Positions 19,059-31,635 of a DNA stretch of 64,000 bases are shown one piece after another (positions within the stretch are counted from its first letter, which is position 1; every line of letters starts with the position of its first letter). The DNA lies in the NCBI GenBank assembly GCA_002269645.1, contig NIVC01003811.1, positions 11,866-75,865 of the forward strand, written 5' to 3'. The notes below the pieces were generated by a model. That model was not told the origin of the DNA and searched no databases. It saw nothing but the letters and a program-made list of their open reading frames with translations. The stretch is from Macrostomum lignano. Lineage: Eukaryota. The translations under genes and the position numbers were made by a program.

Positions 19059-21273
19059 TGATGTAACCACGCTCTGGTCGCGGGATAGGGCATGGGAACT
19101 TTTTCGAAAGTGCCTCCTATCCCGTGCACCCTCTGCACAGAGCTGTCGAGACTCGGCCAGGTCTCCGACCGGGCCTGGAGACTCCCGCTCTGCTGCACCC
19201 CTCCTGCTGCCTTGGTCCCGTCTCTCCTGCCGCCACACCTGCCTTTCCGGAGCCCCTACCCCTTTCTGTACCTCCCCCTCTACCCTATCTCTTCTGTTCC
19301 CGCCCTATTCTTCCTGTACTTTCTCTACCTCCTCCCTTTTTTTTCTCCCTCTGCACTCTTTTCCTGCGCTGTCCCCTCTTTCCCTGTGTCTACTTACAGT
19401 ACTTTGTGTGCTCACCGTCTCCCCATCCCCTCTCAAACTCCCAAACGGTGACGCAAGTCGTGTGACCCCTTCTCCCCTCGGTGACTCATCGATGACTCAT
19501 CCCCCTCTCTTGCGCAACCTTTTCTCACGCTATTGTTCTCCTTCCCAAATTTCTCATGTGACACCCACCCCACCTCCGCTTCTATTGTTCTCGTTTTTGC
19601 TTCTTTTGTTCTCTCGACCCCCACCAATTATCACATTTTCTCCGATTTTCTCTTTCTTTTGTTCTCGTTTTCGCACCTAATTATCACCTTTTCTCCAATG
19701 TTTACTTTTCCATTGTTCTCAGTTTTCCCCAATTATCCCCGATTTCCAATTCCTTTGTTCTCGACCCCAGCCCTATTGTTCTCAATGTTTGCTTGCGCAA
19801 CACTTTCGCGACCACCCGCTGCGCCAATTATCCCCCACCCCACCTCCGGATTGCGCAATTTCCCGATTTCTCATGTTGCTATGCCGGTCTCATGCTTCTC
19901 ATCATGACTCATTCTGACGTCATTCTGCCGGCAGCCAATCAGAGAGAGGGAGCCATGGTAACGACCTTGAGGAGGCGGCTGTGAGGTCTATAAAAGGAAG
20001 CGATTTCGGCATGAGAATACTCAACTGAGTTTATCTCTGTTCCTCTCCTCGTCCTTCTTTGGACTTGCTGTCAGATTGAGTTCTGACCCATTCGTCTATA
20101 AGACGAATCCCTGCCGGCCCGCGGTCTGTTACCGCCAAGTTATCCTTAGCTCCCCAAGTGAGCTCGCCTATCGGCCAGCGGTCTGATACCGCCCAGCATC
20201 ATCAGCATCGCCTGATCTACATCAGCGCCTCGTCGCTCCAGCGCATCGCCGCTTCACCGTCTGCCTGACTGCAGCCTACAGCCGCCCTCGGTCACTCCGC
20301 CTCTCTCTCTCTCTGTGCAGCTGCCGGTAAGTTCCTGCTACTAATTTGTGCTCTAATTGCCTTTGCTTATCCGGGGTTTGCCTATTTTCCATTGTCTGAT
20401 TAGAGAGCTGAGCCAATTGTGATACCGTATCTTTTGCTGTATTTTACTCAATAGTGAAGCCGCCTAATTGCCTGCTTATTTGCCTAAGGGCCTAATTATT
20501 AACTATTAACTAACTTCATCATTATTCAATCTTTCACCATCATTTCACTCATGGCTTGCTAAGCCTTTCTCCCGGGGTGGCAAAGCATAAGGAAGTTTGG
20601 GTAAGCTAATGGCCTCTCCCCGTGCAAAGCCCGCCTGTGAGTGCGTGCTGCGGGGCCGCGTGTGCGTGCAGTAGAGGGATTAGCGAGTCTTGGCACAGAA
20701 TGGCAGTAGGAAGGTTGCAACCCCATGCTAACGCGTCCCTTCGCCCTGAGCAATCTAAACTGTAGACAGTACATGTTCGCCTCATACTACTCTTAGTAAT
20801 CAAAGTCGCAAGTCAGCCTCGCTCACAGCCACAAAGGATCCCCTGCTGAGAAATCCTCCAGGATTGAGCCCAGAGTTCCCGATCATGCCCCAAGCAGAGT
20901 CCCTGTACTCGGCTGCATGCGTCTCCCCTGTTAGCCTAAATCCCCTGGTAACCAATCCAGGCGGGGCTCTAGCCTCGAGAGGTCTGGTAGAAAGATCCAG
21001 GTGCGCCAGGTCACATAGAGTGGTGGCAGCCACTCGGTCATACCATGACCGAGTGACCAACTATTGCACCTTGGCTACAGGTGGGGTCCATGTGGGTCCT
21101 TGGCCCTCTGGTCACGAAGCGCTACCAAAGCTACTAATCATGTGGGCGGGACAGTCTGGTGCTGGAGGTCCGTCAGGTCATCGCCCGGTCATAGGCAGCC
21201 TACGGTCATTGCCCCCTCTAGCCATGCGTTCGTCTCTCTACGGAGCGGACAGGCGACAAGGGCGGTTACATCA
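19059..21273 (+). repeat. 3' LTR of element 1
   Basis: Direct repeat of 8124-10338, followed by the TCTA TSD. Confidence 0.95.
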
Positions 21274-23423
21274 TCTATGGAAATCCGCTTCCGTCCGGAC
21301 GCTCTGCTAAGAAAATAACTGTTCGGATTTATAACTGAAAGCGATAAAATATGTTCTGCCGTTAATCTGAAGATACCCGAAATTCTTGCGTTTATTAAAT
21401 TTGTTCTCTTCCCCAAATTACCTCACATCGAAAGAGGCAGCTTGAGTAGAAAAAGAGCGACGGAAGGCGCTGGCGAAATAGAGCTGAGTACTGAGAGAAA
21501 AATTATGAGTAACACGAGGTTTGTGGGAAAGAACAAGGCAGATTAAGGCAAGGATTTGAGGAAGGGCGAGATGGAGGTAAGGGGAGCGATGGGCGACAGT
21601 GAGACAAATGTACCTACTTTTTGACATTTAAATAGCTTTCAGACGCAGTCTCTGTTTTGTCTGTTGTCTCTTCTTTAAAACTTCTTTTGCACAAGTCTCA
21701 TTGTAATGTCTTGTGCATTTTGAAGTTTTTTTACTGTTTCTTGAACATTTACATGCGCATTTGACAACCGTGGCATTTTTTTAGCTTTTCAAAATAAAAA
21801 GCTTTTATGCAATAAAGTCTAATCGTTATTGGAAAGTTTTACAACGTAAAATTTGTTAATGGTACATTTGCTTCTAAAAATAAGAATATTTTGCCACGTT
21901 TTCGCTCATTTATCGCGTCGTTCTTTGATGCAAATTCGTGTCCAGAACATATTCCGGTACTTCTTTTTTTAATCCAGCTAAGAGATCTAAAAGATCTATT
22001 TAAGAGGATTTTAGCCATTTTTAATGCCTCCCAGAGTATTTCCTATGTAGCTCCCCAATTTCGTCACGCCAGGAGCACCCGTGCATGGGTTGTTGCACTT
22101 CAGAGGAACTGGGCAGCTTCGCTTTTCATGAAAAGTGTCGCCGTATTCGCTGGCAGCTTGCAGACACTATGCGGCTATGCGGCTGATGTGCTATCCTAGC
22201 GGTCCGGCAGTCGGATATTGAGACTAAATGCTGAATTCTGATAAAAAATCGATATAAGACCCAATAAATGTGCTATTTTAGCCCACTAGAAGCGCTTCTA
22301 ATAGGTTCTGAGCGACCGCGTTGCCGTCTTTCGAACGCATTTTGCATGCCCAATCAAAATTTAGCGTGGTCCGGATGGTGTCGGGCGGTTCTACGAGTAT
22401 GTACTCGAGCTCGAATGGCTGGTATGTGCATGGATTACTTTAGTAAGTTGACCTGAGATTTTGAAAAGTCGAAATTTTTTTCAAAATGATTGCCCAATTG
22501 CAAAATGACTCTTTCCCAATGATTTTGGCATGAGAAATCGAATGGCGAAACTCCGGAGACGCCAGGCAGTGAGGCAAAAAAGTTGGAGCTATTTTTAACT
22601 TTTTCTCGGCTTAGAGATTTGGAATCTCAAAGTCTGATATTCTAAAGTAGAAATCTCAAAGCATTGTATAGTGCATTTCTGTGCCTAAAAGTTCACTATC
22701 TACGTATTTGTGCACCATTTGCACAGCACCTAGCGATATCACGGACCAGAACGGGGTGAATCCTGGGTGATTTAGTGAAAGTTGAGATGTTCCAAAAGTC
22801 AATTAAGATAAATGTCAATTACGAAATTTATTGTTGCTCTAAATCGACTAAATCGATAAGAATCAGATGGTTCTTATGGATATAAAGGAAACACGTAGGA
22901 GCTAAGACAATATATTTCAAGGAATGGAGAAATTACAAAATTACAGACGCAAAATGGATTACCAAAAGTACGCTGATTATGTCCAGAAATTTTTTGTCGG
23001 GATGCGTGCAGAGCACCCCGAGAGAATTACACTTTAAAACTTACTCATGTGGCTAAGGTATACGTATTGACCTAACAAATGGATTGCTACTAACAGCTTG
23101 CTGGGTCTCGTTTCTATCAGAAAAACAAACAGAAGACATGGATCACATATTGTATCCTAGTTTAGTGTCTTAGAAATAAGTTCCTTTCACTTATATTGAT
23201 ATTGCTTCCGTAAACCACTATTAAAAGTCTATGAGATAACTGTTTCTTAAATATTTGTGTCCACAATGCATATTGTTTCTAGTACGGCTAGTGCGGGTTT
23301 CACAGATCAAGTGAATCCGTATGGAAATTTTAAATAGATCATCTTGCTCGTCCCACACGCCGTTTACGAAGCACCATCTGAGATTTTACTTGCCGCGATC
23401 GCAGCTGCATCGGGACAACCGAC

Positions 23424-23519
23424 TCTTGCTCGTCTCCACCCAGCTCCTGCTCGTCTCCGCCCAGCTCCTGCTCGTCGCCGCCCAGCTCCTGCTCGTCGCC
23501 GCCCAGCTCCTGCTCGCCG
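23424..23519. repeat. 21-bp tandem repeat (about 4.5 copies)
   Basis: GCCCAGCTCCTGCTCGTCGCC units (ELGGDEQ on the minus strand). Confidence 0.9.
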
Positions 23520-24277
23520 ATGTTTACTTCAAGGTTATTGACTAACTCTTCGTTATAACGGCTATGATTGGGCTCATTGTTCTGTAACGGAATAGCTGAG
23601 CAGAGATCAACCACAGAATGAAGCATACGAAGAACGCGGTCATTCCCACGGAGCGCCAACAGGGTGAGCGAACGTTGAAGTACACGTCGCATGTGTGGTG
23701 ATGTGCACGGACGAGCAAAGCAAGGTTGGTGAGGTAAATTTACTGTCTGAGACGGTGTAGAAAGACGACGAAGCCACTCTTTACCATTTTGGTGGTGCTC
23801 GCCATGGATTGCTTCACCATATACGCCATGTAGAAATACAGCCACTTTAGGCTCCTCAATGGAAGTAATAACAGACACTCGGTCTTTACCACACCGCTTG
23901 TAGCCATGCTGACTGTAAATGTGAACACAAGACGCAGTCATTCCACGAGTACAAACACAAAGCCTTTGGAATATACTGCGCAAGTAGATCTTGTGGGAGT
24001 GCAAACACCACAATTACAGAACCATCAGGACATGGCAGTGGCGGACCAGGCTGCGGTAAGTCCACAGTAGGTGTAGTCTGTAGGAGGTTCAGCTGCAATT
24101 TTTATGGGATTTTAGAAGTCTAACATTAGCATCTAAATTGACAGACACTCAGAAAGACTAGGATCAGAGACAATAGTACTACAGAGATACTATTTGTGCT
24201 TGTCCTATAGTTACTACACTTTACATTTTTGAACCAACTCAATGCAAACTGAAAAGTAGTGCATACCATCTGATACC

Positions 24278-25035
24278 AAGTAATGCCAAATAAGTGTTAA
24301 GTAATGCCAAGTGTCTGCCAACTAATGCCAAGTAAGTGCCAAGTAATGCCAACTAATGCCAAGTGTCTGCCAAGTAATGCCAAGTGTCTGCCAAGTAATG
24401 CCAAGTAAATGCCAACTAATGCCAAGTAAGTGCTAACTAATGCCAAGTGTCTGCCAAGAAATGCCAAGTAAATGCCAGGTGTCTGCCAAGTAAATGCCAA
24501 GTAAATGCCAAGTAAGTGCCAAGTAATGCCAAGTAAATGCCAAGTAAGTGCCAATTAATGCCAACTAATGCCAAGTGTCTGCCAAGTAATGCCAAGAAAA
24601 TGCCAACTAATGCCAAGTAAGTGCCAAGTAACGCCACGTAAGTGCCAAGTAAATGCCAAGTAAATGCCAAGTAAGTGCCAACTAATGCCAACTAATGCCA
24701 AGTGTCTGCCAAGTAATGCCAAGTAAATGCCAAGTAAATGCCAACTAATGCCAAGTAAGTGCCAAGTAATGCCACGTAAGTGCCAAGTAAATGCCAAGTA
24801 AATGCCAACTAATGCCAACTAATGCCAAGTGTCTACCAAGTAATGCTAAGTAAATGCCAAGTAAATGCCAAGTAAATGCCAACTAATGCCAAGTAAATGC
24901 CAACTAATGCCAAGTGTCTGCCAAGTAAATGCCAACTAATGCTAAGTAAATGCCAGGTAATGCCAAGTAATCAGTTACTTGGCCAGGCCTAGGCCTATGG
25001 CATTTGCCAAGTAAATGCCAAGTAATGCCAGGCCT
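24278..25035. repeat. 10-11-bp satellite (AATGCCAAGT[A])n
   Basis: Continuous degenerate array with variants AATGCCAACT and GTCTGCCAAGT. Confidence 0.95.
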
Positions 25036-26189
25036 ATGACAATCTAGTATTCTAAAAATGAAAATATATACTAATAATAGAATCTTCAGTTTGTAATACT
25101 CTAAGTTAGTTATTAAATAAGTTTGGACTTTGATTGTAATCATAAAAGATAAAAAGCAAAGTAAGGCACAAAATGCTATAATTGTATAAAACTTTTATCA
25201 GTCTAATTAGAAGGCTATGACAAAAAAGTACATATTGCATTTTGCTATTATTCATTCCAAATTTTGTCTAAAAGATATTATAATTAGAAAATATAATAGG
25301 CCATCCTTAAAATATTCACTATTGAATATTTGAAAATTGAATTTGTATCAAAGCAATTTCTTTTCATGTTCAAATCATATAGGCCTAGTAAACTTTGTTA
25401 AAACACTCAAATATTCTACAATATTGTATTATATTTAGATGCCCAATTAAAGCATAAAATTGTTTAAAATATCTTGAAAAATTACTATAAATATATGGGT
25501 GGTTAGGCTCAAAGGAATCATCTTACTAATGAGCAACAAAGAGCAATTAGCTTGAAAGTGAGCAAATCATTGAAGTCTAAATTCAAGAAGTATTCCAATC
25601 ATTTAGATTGTGTAATTGCTATGACCCTCTAGATCACAATGCCTAGATTATAAGAAAGAGTGCCAAGCTGCTTGGGCACAACCACTACCAAAGAGAGGAA
25701 GTTTAGACAAGAGGAATATTAGTAGTAAAGTGTATTATATACTTTATAAAGTATATATAAACTGTATGTAAGTTAGAACCAAGAGAAAGAATAATAGAGA
25801 GCCCTAGGGCAAAAATAGACAACAAACTAAGTCTAGTTATCAACTTAAAAGCATTTCCAATTTGCTATTAAATTTATAAGGCCAATAGACAAAGTGAGAA
25901 AGCAAATTTTAATAACCCCCATTAGATTATGGTCCTTTCTTAATTTATTCTTCCTATTGTCAAATTCTATAAGTATAATCAATATCATGGTTTTGCTATT
26001 CCCGAAACTTCCTTAAAGTAGAGTAGGATAAAGTAATAAAGTTAAATATTAATTGTACTCTTTGTGCACTGCGGAAAATTTGCACAGATGAGATGCAAGT
26101 ATTTTTATCTCGTCAAAATAAGCCGAACCTCTTAAATACATTTACAGATACAAGTACATGTACGAGCTCGTAACTGACATAAGTTAGAA

Positions 26190-26645
26190 AATAAGAAAGA
26201 ATATATATCGAATAGAAAATAGGAGAGAAAAGAGAGGAAGGAGAAAGGAGAGAGGAGAGAGTAAAGGGAAGAGAGAAAAGATAAGTTTGTAAAGATAAGA
26301 GAGATGAAAGGAGATGTAAGAGAAATGGAGTGGAGGAGAAAGGAGAATAAAGGGGGAGAATCGAGAGGACAGGAAGAGAGGGGAAGGGAGAGGAGAGAGT
26401 AGAGAGTAGGGAGAGAGTAGAAAGGAGAAGAGAGATGGGAGAGCACGAGAGGTGAGAGATGAGAGGGAGGAGAGAGTAGAGAGGAGAGGTAAAAGAGTAA
26501 AGGGGAAAAAGTTGAGAGAAGGGTTGGGAGAGTTGGGAAAAGAGAGAGATGGTAAAGGAGAGTACAGATGAGAAATAAGACGAGGAGGTAAGACAGGAAA
26601 TAAAAATTAGGAGAGAGGGTCGAGACAATAGAGGAGAGAATAGAG
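26190..26645. repeat. Purine-rich (AG) low-complexity tract
   Basis: Almost entirely A/G on the plus strand; gives spurious Leu/Ser ORFs on the minus strand. Confidence 0.9.
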
Positions 26646-26666
26646 AATTTCGCACTGACCTAAGGG

Positions 26667-27110
26667 GTGCGAACAAACACGAGAAATTAAACTGAAATGT
26701 GCTAATTTTAACAGTCCAACTTTTATTGTTCCTACAAAATTTTAAACAGCTGGGTAAGACCTCCTGCAGAGCAGACCGATAGATATTATTCTGGTTTCCA
26801 AGATAATATTGACTTACAGGGAATAAACATACCGTACGGGCCTAATTTTTGAGCTATAAATGGAACATAATGGAAAGCGTACATAAATATGCGAAAGGCG
26901 GTATTTAACACGAGCAAACTTTCAATACGCTAATTGGGAGGGGATCAAGTAATCATGGGCTGACTACCATTCTGCCACTCAGCAGGGGTCGAACGGGAGA
27001 CTAACTCCTAATAAATTAACTTTCTCAGTCCTATAATCTATAATAGCATGAGTGCTAGCTAGAAAGGCGCTGCCCAGGAGCGACACTGCCGTCAAATTGT
27101 TAACAATTTC
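26667..27110 (-). pseudogene. pro: Fragment of a diverged relative of element 1: protease C-terminus, stop and about 310 bp of downstream non-coding DNA
   Basis: Translates AVSLLGSAFLASTHAIIDYRTEKVNLLGVSLPFDPC*, versus ...KVYLLGVSLPFDPR* at 14548-14658. Nucleotide homology continues to GTGTTTGTTC.CAC (matching about 15015-15027). Confidence 0.9.
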
Positions 27111-27433
27111 TGTCTTGGGAGCTAAGGGTACAAGCCGGAACAAGAGGGCGGTACCGTTGCTATCCACACCCTAGAGATCAATGTAGATGTAAGAATAAAG
27201 AATTTACAGTAGGGGTTTGCAAATTGCTTGTGCTCCCTTCTTTAAGAGCCTTATTCCTTTCTTCTTTCTCTGTCCCCGTCACTGCTTGGTTGTTCTTTTT
27301 ACCTTGATTGAGAACCCAACTCATGACTGGGTCTGCTTCGTTGGGCCCCTAAGTGAAGCGAGGAGTCCTGATGACAGCGGGCCAGAGGTGAGGAGCAGGG
27401 TTTTTTTGTGCGCAGAGTGTGCGTATGCACCCT

Positions 27434-27977
27434 AAATTTTATGCAGATGATCGCAAGACGAAACCGAAAGAGCTTGTAGGTTTCGAATTACGATTACCGC
27501 ATTAGTAGAATTGTATTGGAGGGATCGTATGACGAAAGTGAATGGATTGCTACGTATATTAACTGATTAATATATTAACTGATCATCGTATCTTAAAACT
27601 ATTTGTTATAAATTCGCACGCCACGCCCCCCCCCCTAACTTTCATCATACGATCACCCCTTGGTATAACACAGGTCCAATGAACTGGGGGATCGTAAGAC
27701 GAAAGTGAGGGGGGGCCGCGCGCCCGAAAAGGTTGTATTACAGTTTTAGTAAAAAAGCTCTTCTCATGTGCGCCACAGGGACTCGGCTTTCTGCCCGCGG
27801 ACATATCGTAGAGGCTAGCTGCAATTGATTGTTTAGTTGAAACAACATCCATTATAGCGACAACTTCCTAATATTTCGTCATACGATCCCTACAGTACAA
27901 TTTTAACATTAATGTGATCGTAATTCGAAACCTACAAGCGCTTTCGGTTTCGTCTTGCGATCATCTACATATAATTT
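27434..27977. mobile_element. Non-autonomous TIR element (MITE-like), about 110-bp imperfect TIRs
   Basis: Left AGATGATCGCAAGACGAAACCGAAAGAGCTTGTAGGTTTCGAATTACGAT... is inverted at about 27870-27977; exact ends and TSD not resolved. Confidence 0.75.
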
Positions 27978-30566
27978 CACCATTTAAATGATCGCATGAC
28001 AAAAGTGAATACGTGCGTGCAATTAACAATACATATAGCGATAGTAAATTGTACCTTGGACATACATTTATCTAGCTATAGATACTGTACACCAACTTGT
28101 GTGTTACTGTATGCTAAAGTACTGTGTATGCTAAAACTGCACTTGGAAATCGTCAAAATCATTTATAATTTTTAGCCCTATTTTACTCGTAGACATTTGA
28201 TAATGTTTTTGCATTATCAGCTGTAAGGCCATAGTTCAAGTAGCTCAGACAGCTGTAGTTCAGGTAGTTAAATTTAAACTTATCTATACACACAACTTTC
28301 AGTCTTAATGGCTGGTAGTGGCAGTATATGGTATAAGTTATATATTTACTCGTGATGTGGCCGCAGCCTTCTGCTGCAAGCATAGGGCCGCAGTCACATC
28401 TTAGGCACTGTTGTCCGCTGCTAGTATCTGGAATAGGAATTTTTCTGCTGCCTCCATGCACTCTAAGCAGCCTTCCTTAGCGCTCAGAAGTTGCACAATA
28501 TGGCGCAATCCTTAACTTAGGAATTTAGGGAGTTTTGCCTAGCCTAGGGTTAGTTAGCGGAAGCCGCCAAATTTGGCGCTTGCCTGTACTGTTGTTGCCT
28601 GGCCTGCCGCGTACGATCGCTCAGAGTACGCTAGTCTAGTTAGCCGCACTCCTCCCCCGTGCGCTCTCTGGACCCTTCCCCCTTCTGCTCTCTCGTCACC
28701 TAACGGCCGTGGGCTAGCCAGACAATCCACTACACAAAAAATACCTGGCTAGCCAGTGAGTCCACGTGTGGACCCACACAGGCTAGCCTAGAGAGTCCAC
28801 ACAGTGCGCACAGTGATAGTACGCTAGATATGCCAAGGAACGCTGCTATTGGTCCGTGTAGGCTGGGGTCGAGTGCACCCGCGGACGGGAATGAGAAGTC
28901 TGGGAATTCTCAGTGCTAAAAATAGACACCGCTAAAAATTGGTCGAGTGGCCAGTGCGCCTGACTTGAAATTGGAAGGTTTGAGGTTCGAATCTTGCTAG
29001 ACAAAATATTTTCTTGATGTAAGTATTGTGGGTGTAAAAAAAGCAGAAAAGGCAGAAGACCAAAAATTAGCATTTAAGTGAACAACATTAAATTATGGTA
29101 AGGATTATTACTATTAAAATTAGAGGATTATTAAGTTTAAGCGATGAAAATACGCGGATTAGAAAAGTAGTATTGAAAGAGTAAAAAGTATTATTTATTC
29201 GAACATAAATAAAAACGGTGGAAATGATTTTTTAAAATTTAGTATTAGCATTCATACTTCGTCTGTAATCATAGTACTTTAAATCAGTAGCTCATTTTGG
29301 GTTTGTAGAATTTAAGTGATTAAGCTGGTGATAATGCATTGGAGAGCCACTCATAAGCCAAATTGATTTATTATCGGGTTAGCCAATAGCCTTAATACTA
29401 AGATGCACAGCACAGGTAGGCTCCTTGCATGCACGCGCTCACAGCTCACACTGCTGCCAATATCAGCAGCAAGCTCAACCGCCTGCAAGTTAGCGATGTG
29501 GCAGTCCATTAATGTGGCAGTTGCAGGCCTAAATTGGTAACTCTCATGAAGTCATGCACTCATCACTCATGGTCTGTGTTTTTTTTGGTTTGTTTTTGTT
29601 TTGGCACGGTTTGAGTCTAGCAGTGCTAATATTGAACACTTAGTAATCTTTTGTAACACTTCGGGTGAAGCACATTTAGTTCCTGTCATATTTATTGTCA
29701 TTGAAGTCGAAGATCAATTATACCGGTACCGTTTCGACGTATCGTAATTATTAAAAAAGAATCTATATTTGAAAGTTTAACTGTTGTGCCACCTTAGATA
29801 CATTTTTTCTGGTAAAAAAGTCTTAAATGTTTTATGTATTGTAATAAAACTTAAAAACTCCCCTGCTTTTATCATGGACGAGTAAAAAAATCGAAAGGTA
29901 AGTTCAGTTTTGTTAGTGTTTTCCGTAGCTGTTGACAACAAGAACTCAGTTACTTTTCATTTAATGTATCGTAAATTTATGATTTTTAAAGTTCATATGA
30001 GAATGCAGCCTAATTGTTTTTATGAATTGTCATGCATTTAATACAGTTCTAGAGTAAAGTAAAATTATTCAGACACTTTCTCAAGACCTCAGGCAGTACA
30101 TTCGCGGCATTCGCCGTGCAATTTTATAATTTTTGGAGGCTAATATCCATCAAAAATAACAGTGCGGATGCGGAGACAGGAAAAGCGTCATTTTTGCATC
30201 ACAAGATCAAGCGATAGCATTTGATCTCGGTTAATGAAGACTACCATTCTTTTAATTTAGGATGCAAAGCATGTCAGTCTGTTGTATTTTATACATGTAT
30301 GTTGCCTGTTGCCTGTTAGGTTTAAAAAGTTTTTGTTTAATATAGATTATATTAATATTTAATCTGAATATAATTTAGATATAATTCTTTTTTAGATTTT
30401 TACAAGCCAAAGGTTATAAATACTCACTAGTGACATTAGTATCAGTAGCCGAAATATTTTGTTTTGCTTGGTCTTGAAACAAGTATATATATAATGTAGC
30501 ATATAAAGTGTGAAAAAGGGACACAACAGTAAAAAAATTCATAAGTGTATTAAAAATGAAAACTAG

Positions 30567-31392
30567 TGTGACGTTGTCAGTTTAAGGTGGTCCCGAAAAA
30601 GGCCGTTGGACTGCTGTTTCTCCATAGTTTCAACCCTTCAGTTCACCGTTTCAACTAAACTTTTCCATTTGTTTATTGCGACGTTTACTTGTAGTAGTGC
30701 CCAACGATTTTGTGTCAATTTCTAATTCACTGTATATTTTGCTATCCTCTCTCGCGACCGTATAAAATTGGCACGATCGATAATTTTAAGTTCTCTCGCC
30801 AGCCGATGAAAATCACTCGTGCTTACGCTACCCCCCCCCTTTTGCGCTTCTTTATTAACCCTCGCCTGGCGGGCTGGGGGTTTCACTCGTCCCTGTTCTT
30901 GTGTTCTGTGTTCTCTCCTTAGGCTTGTCCTCCGTCCCGTCTGGCTTGCCTAGCCTTGTCTAGCCTTGTTTTCCTTCTCTCTGTCTGGCTGCCTCGAGCC
31001 TCCTTACCTCACGCCACGGTTGACGCCAACCTCGCCACTGCTCATCTGCCTGCCTACTGCGTCTCACTGCCTTCACTGTGCTCATTGCCATTGCTCATCA
31101 CGTTACATCGCCATTGCACCGTCGTCTGTCACCTGACTATCCAATTTATCTTCAAAGAAACCATTGTTGCAGCCGCCAGTGCCCAGAAAGCTATAGTTTG
31201 TTTATTGACATAAATTCTAACCAAGCCTAATATTGATACTACCAATAAAACCAACTACGGCAGTCCCTGCCTTTATCGCCAAGTGCTCCGCTACAAATCC
31301 GCTTTACAAGAATTGACTTCAACTTATTTTGGGACTAAAACGGCCCTTTTAAGGGTCATCGCATAGCTAGCCGCTACGTCAATAACGTGACA
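30567..31392 (+). repeat. 5' LTR of element 2 (826 bp)
   Basis: Matches 39643-40471 except for short homopolymer/dinucleotide indels; TATAAAA near 30761 and AATAAA near 31244. Confidence 0.95.
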
Positions 31393-31398
31393 TAATTT

Positions 31399-31415
31399 TG
31401 GAGGTCCCACCGAGA
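31399..31415 (+). promoter_or_regulatory. Primer-binding site, tRNA-Gln
   Basis: TGGAGGTCCCACCGAGA is the complement of the recalled tRNA-Gln 3' end TCTCGGTGGGACCTCCA; 6 nt from the LTR end. Confidence 0.8.
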
Positions 31416-31635
31416 CGCCTACTCAGCACTGCCGGCTCGCAACTAGATCAGCGCCATCAAGACTTCGTCTCAGTCCTGCCAGTTCGAAACCAAGCACCAG
31501 CCACCACCGAGACGCCTACTCAGCACTGCCGGCTCGCAACTAGATCAGCGCCATCAAGACTTCGTCTCAGTCCTGCCAGTTCGCAACCAAGCACCAGCCA
31601 CCAGCGAGACTTCTGCTCAGCTCTGCCGGCTCGTG
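31406..31635 (+). repeat. 97-bp tandem duplication in the element 2 leader (2 full copies plus a degenerate partial third)
   Basis: CGAGACGCCTACTCAGCACTGCCGGCTCGC... at 31411 and 31508; degenerate copy at about 31605. Confidence 0.9.

Larger units (their letters stand above)
8124..21273 (+). mobile_element. Complete non-autonomous Ty3/Gypsy-like LTR element (Gag + protease only, with cargo ORFs), 13,150 bp
   Basis: Two 2215-bp LTRs with perfect 10-bp inverted termini TGATGTAACC...GGTTACATCA; 4-bp TSD TCTA (8120-8123 and 21274-21277); PBS and PPT present; no RT, RNase H or integrase motifs recognisable in the internal region. Confidence 0.93.

Noticed and set aside
21420-22260. Convergent antisense gene (mudrB-like) next to the MULE relic
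   Set aside because: Only short protein-like stretches broken by stops and frameshifts; no recognisable motif.
23339-24098. 224-aa and 70-aa minus-strand ORFs with ELGGDEQ repeats and a Cys-rich patch
   Set aside because: No family recognised and the frames are inconsistent; probably a decayed element fragment. A profile search would be needed.
24297-26676. ORFs over the 10-bp satellite and the AG-rich tract
   Set aside because: Repeat and low-complexity translation artefacts.
28100-28900. Possible small exons and GC-rich promoter of a minus-strand gene
   Set aside because: Splice-like signals are present but there is no coherent ORF or homology to support a call.
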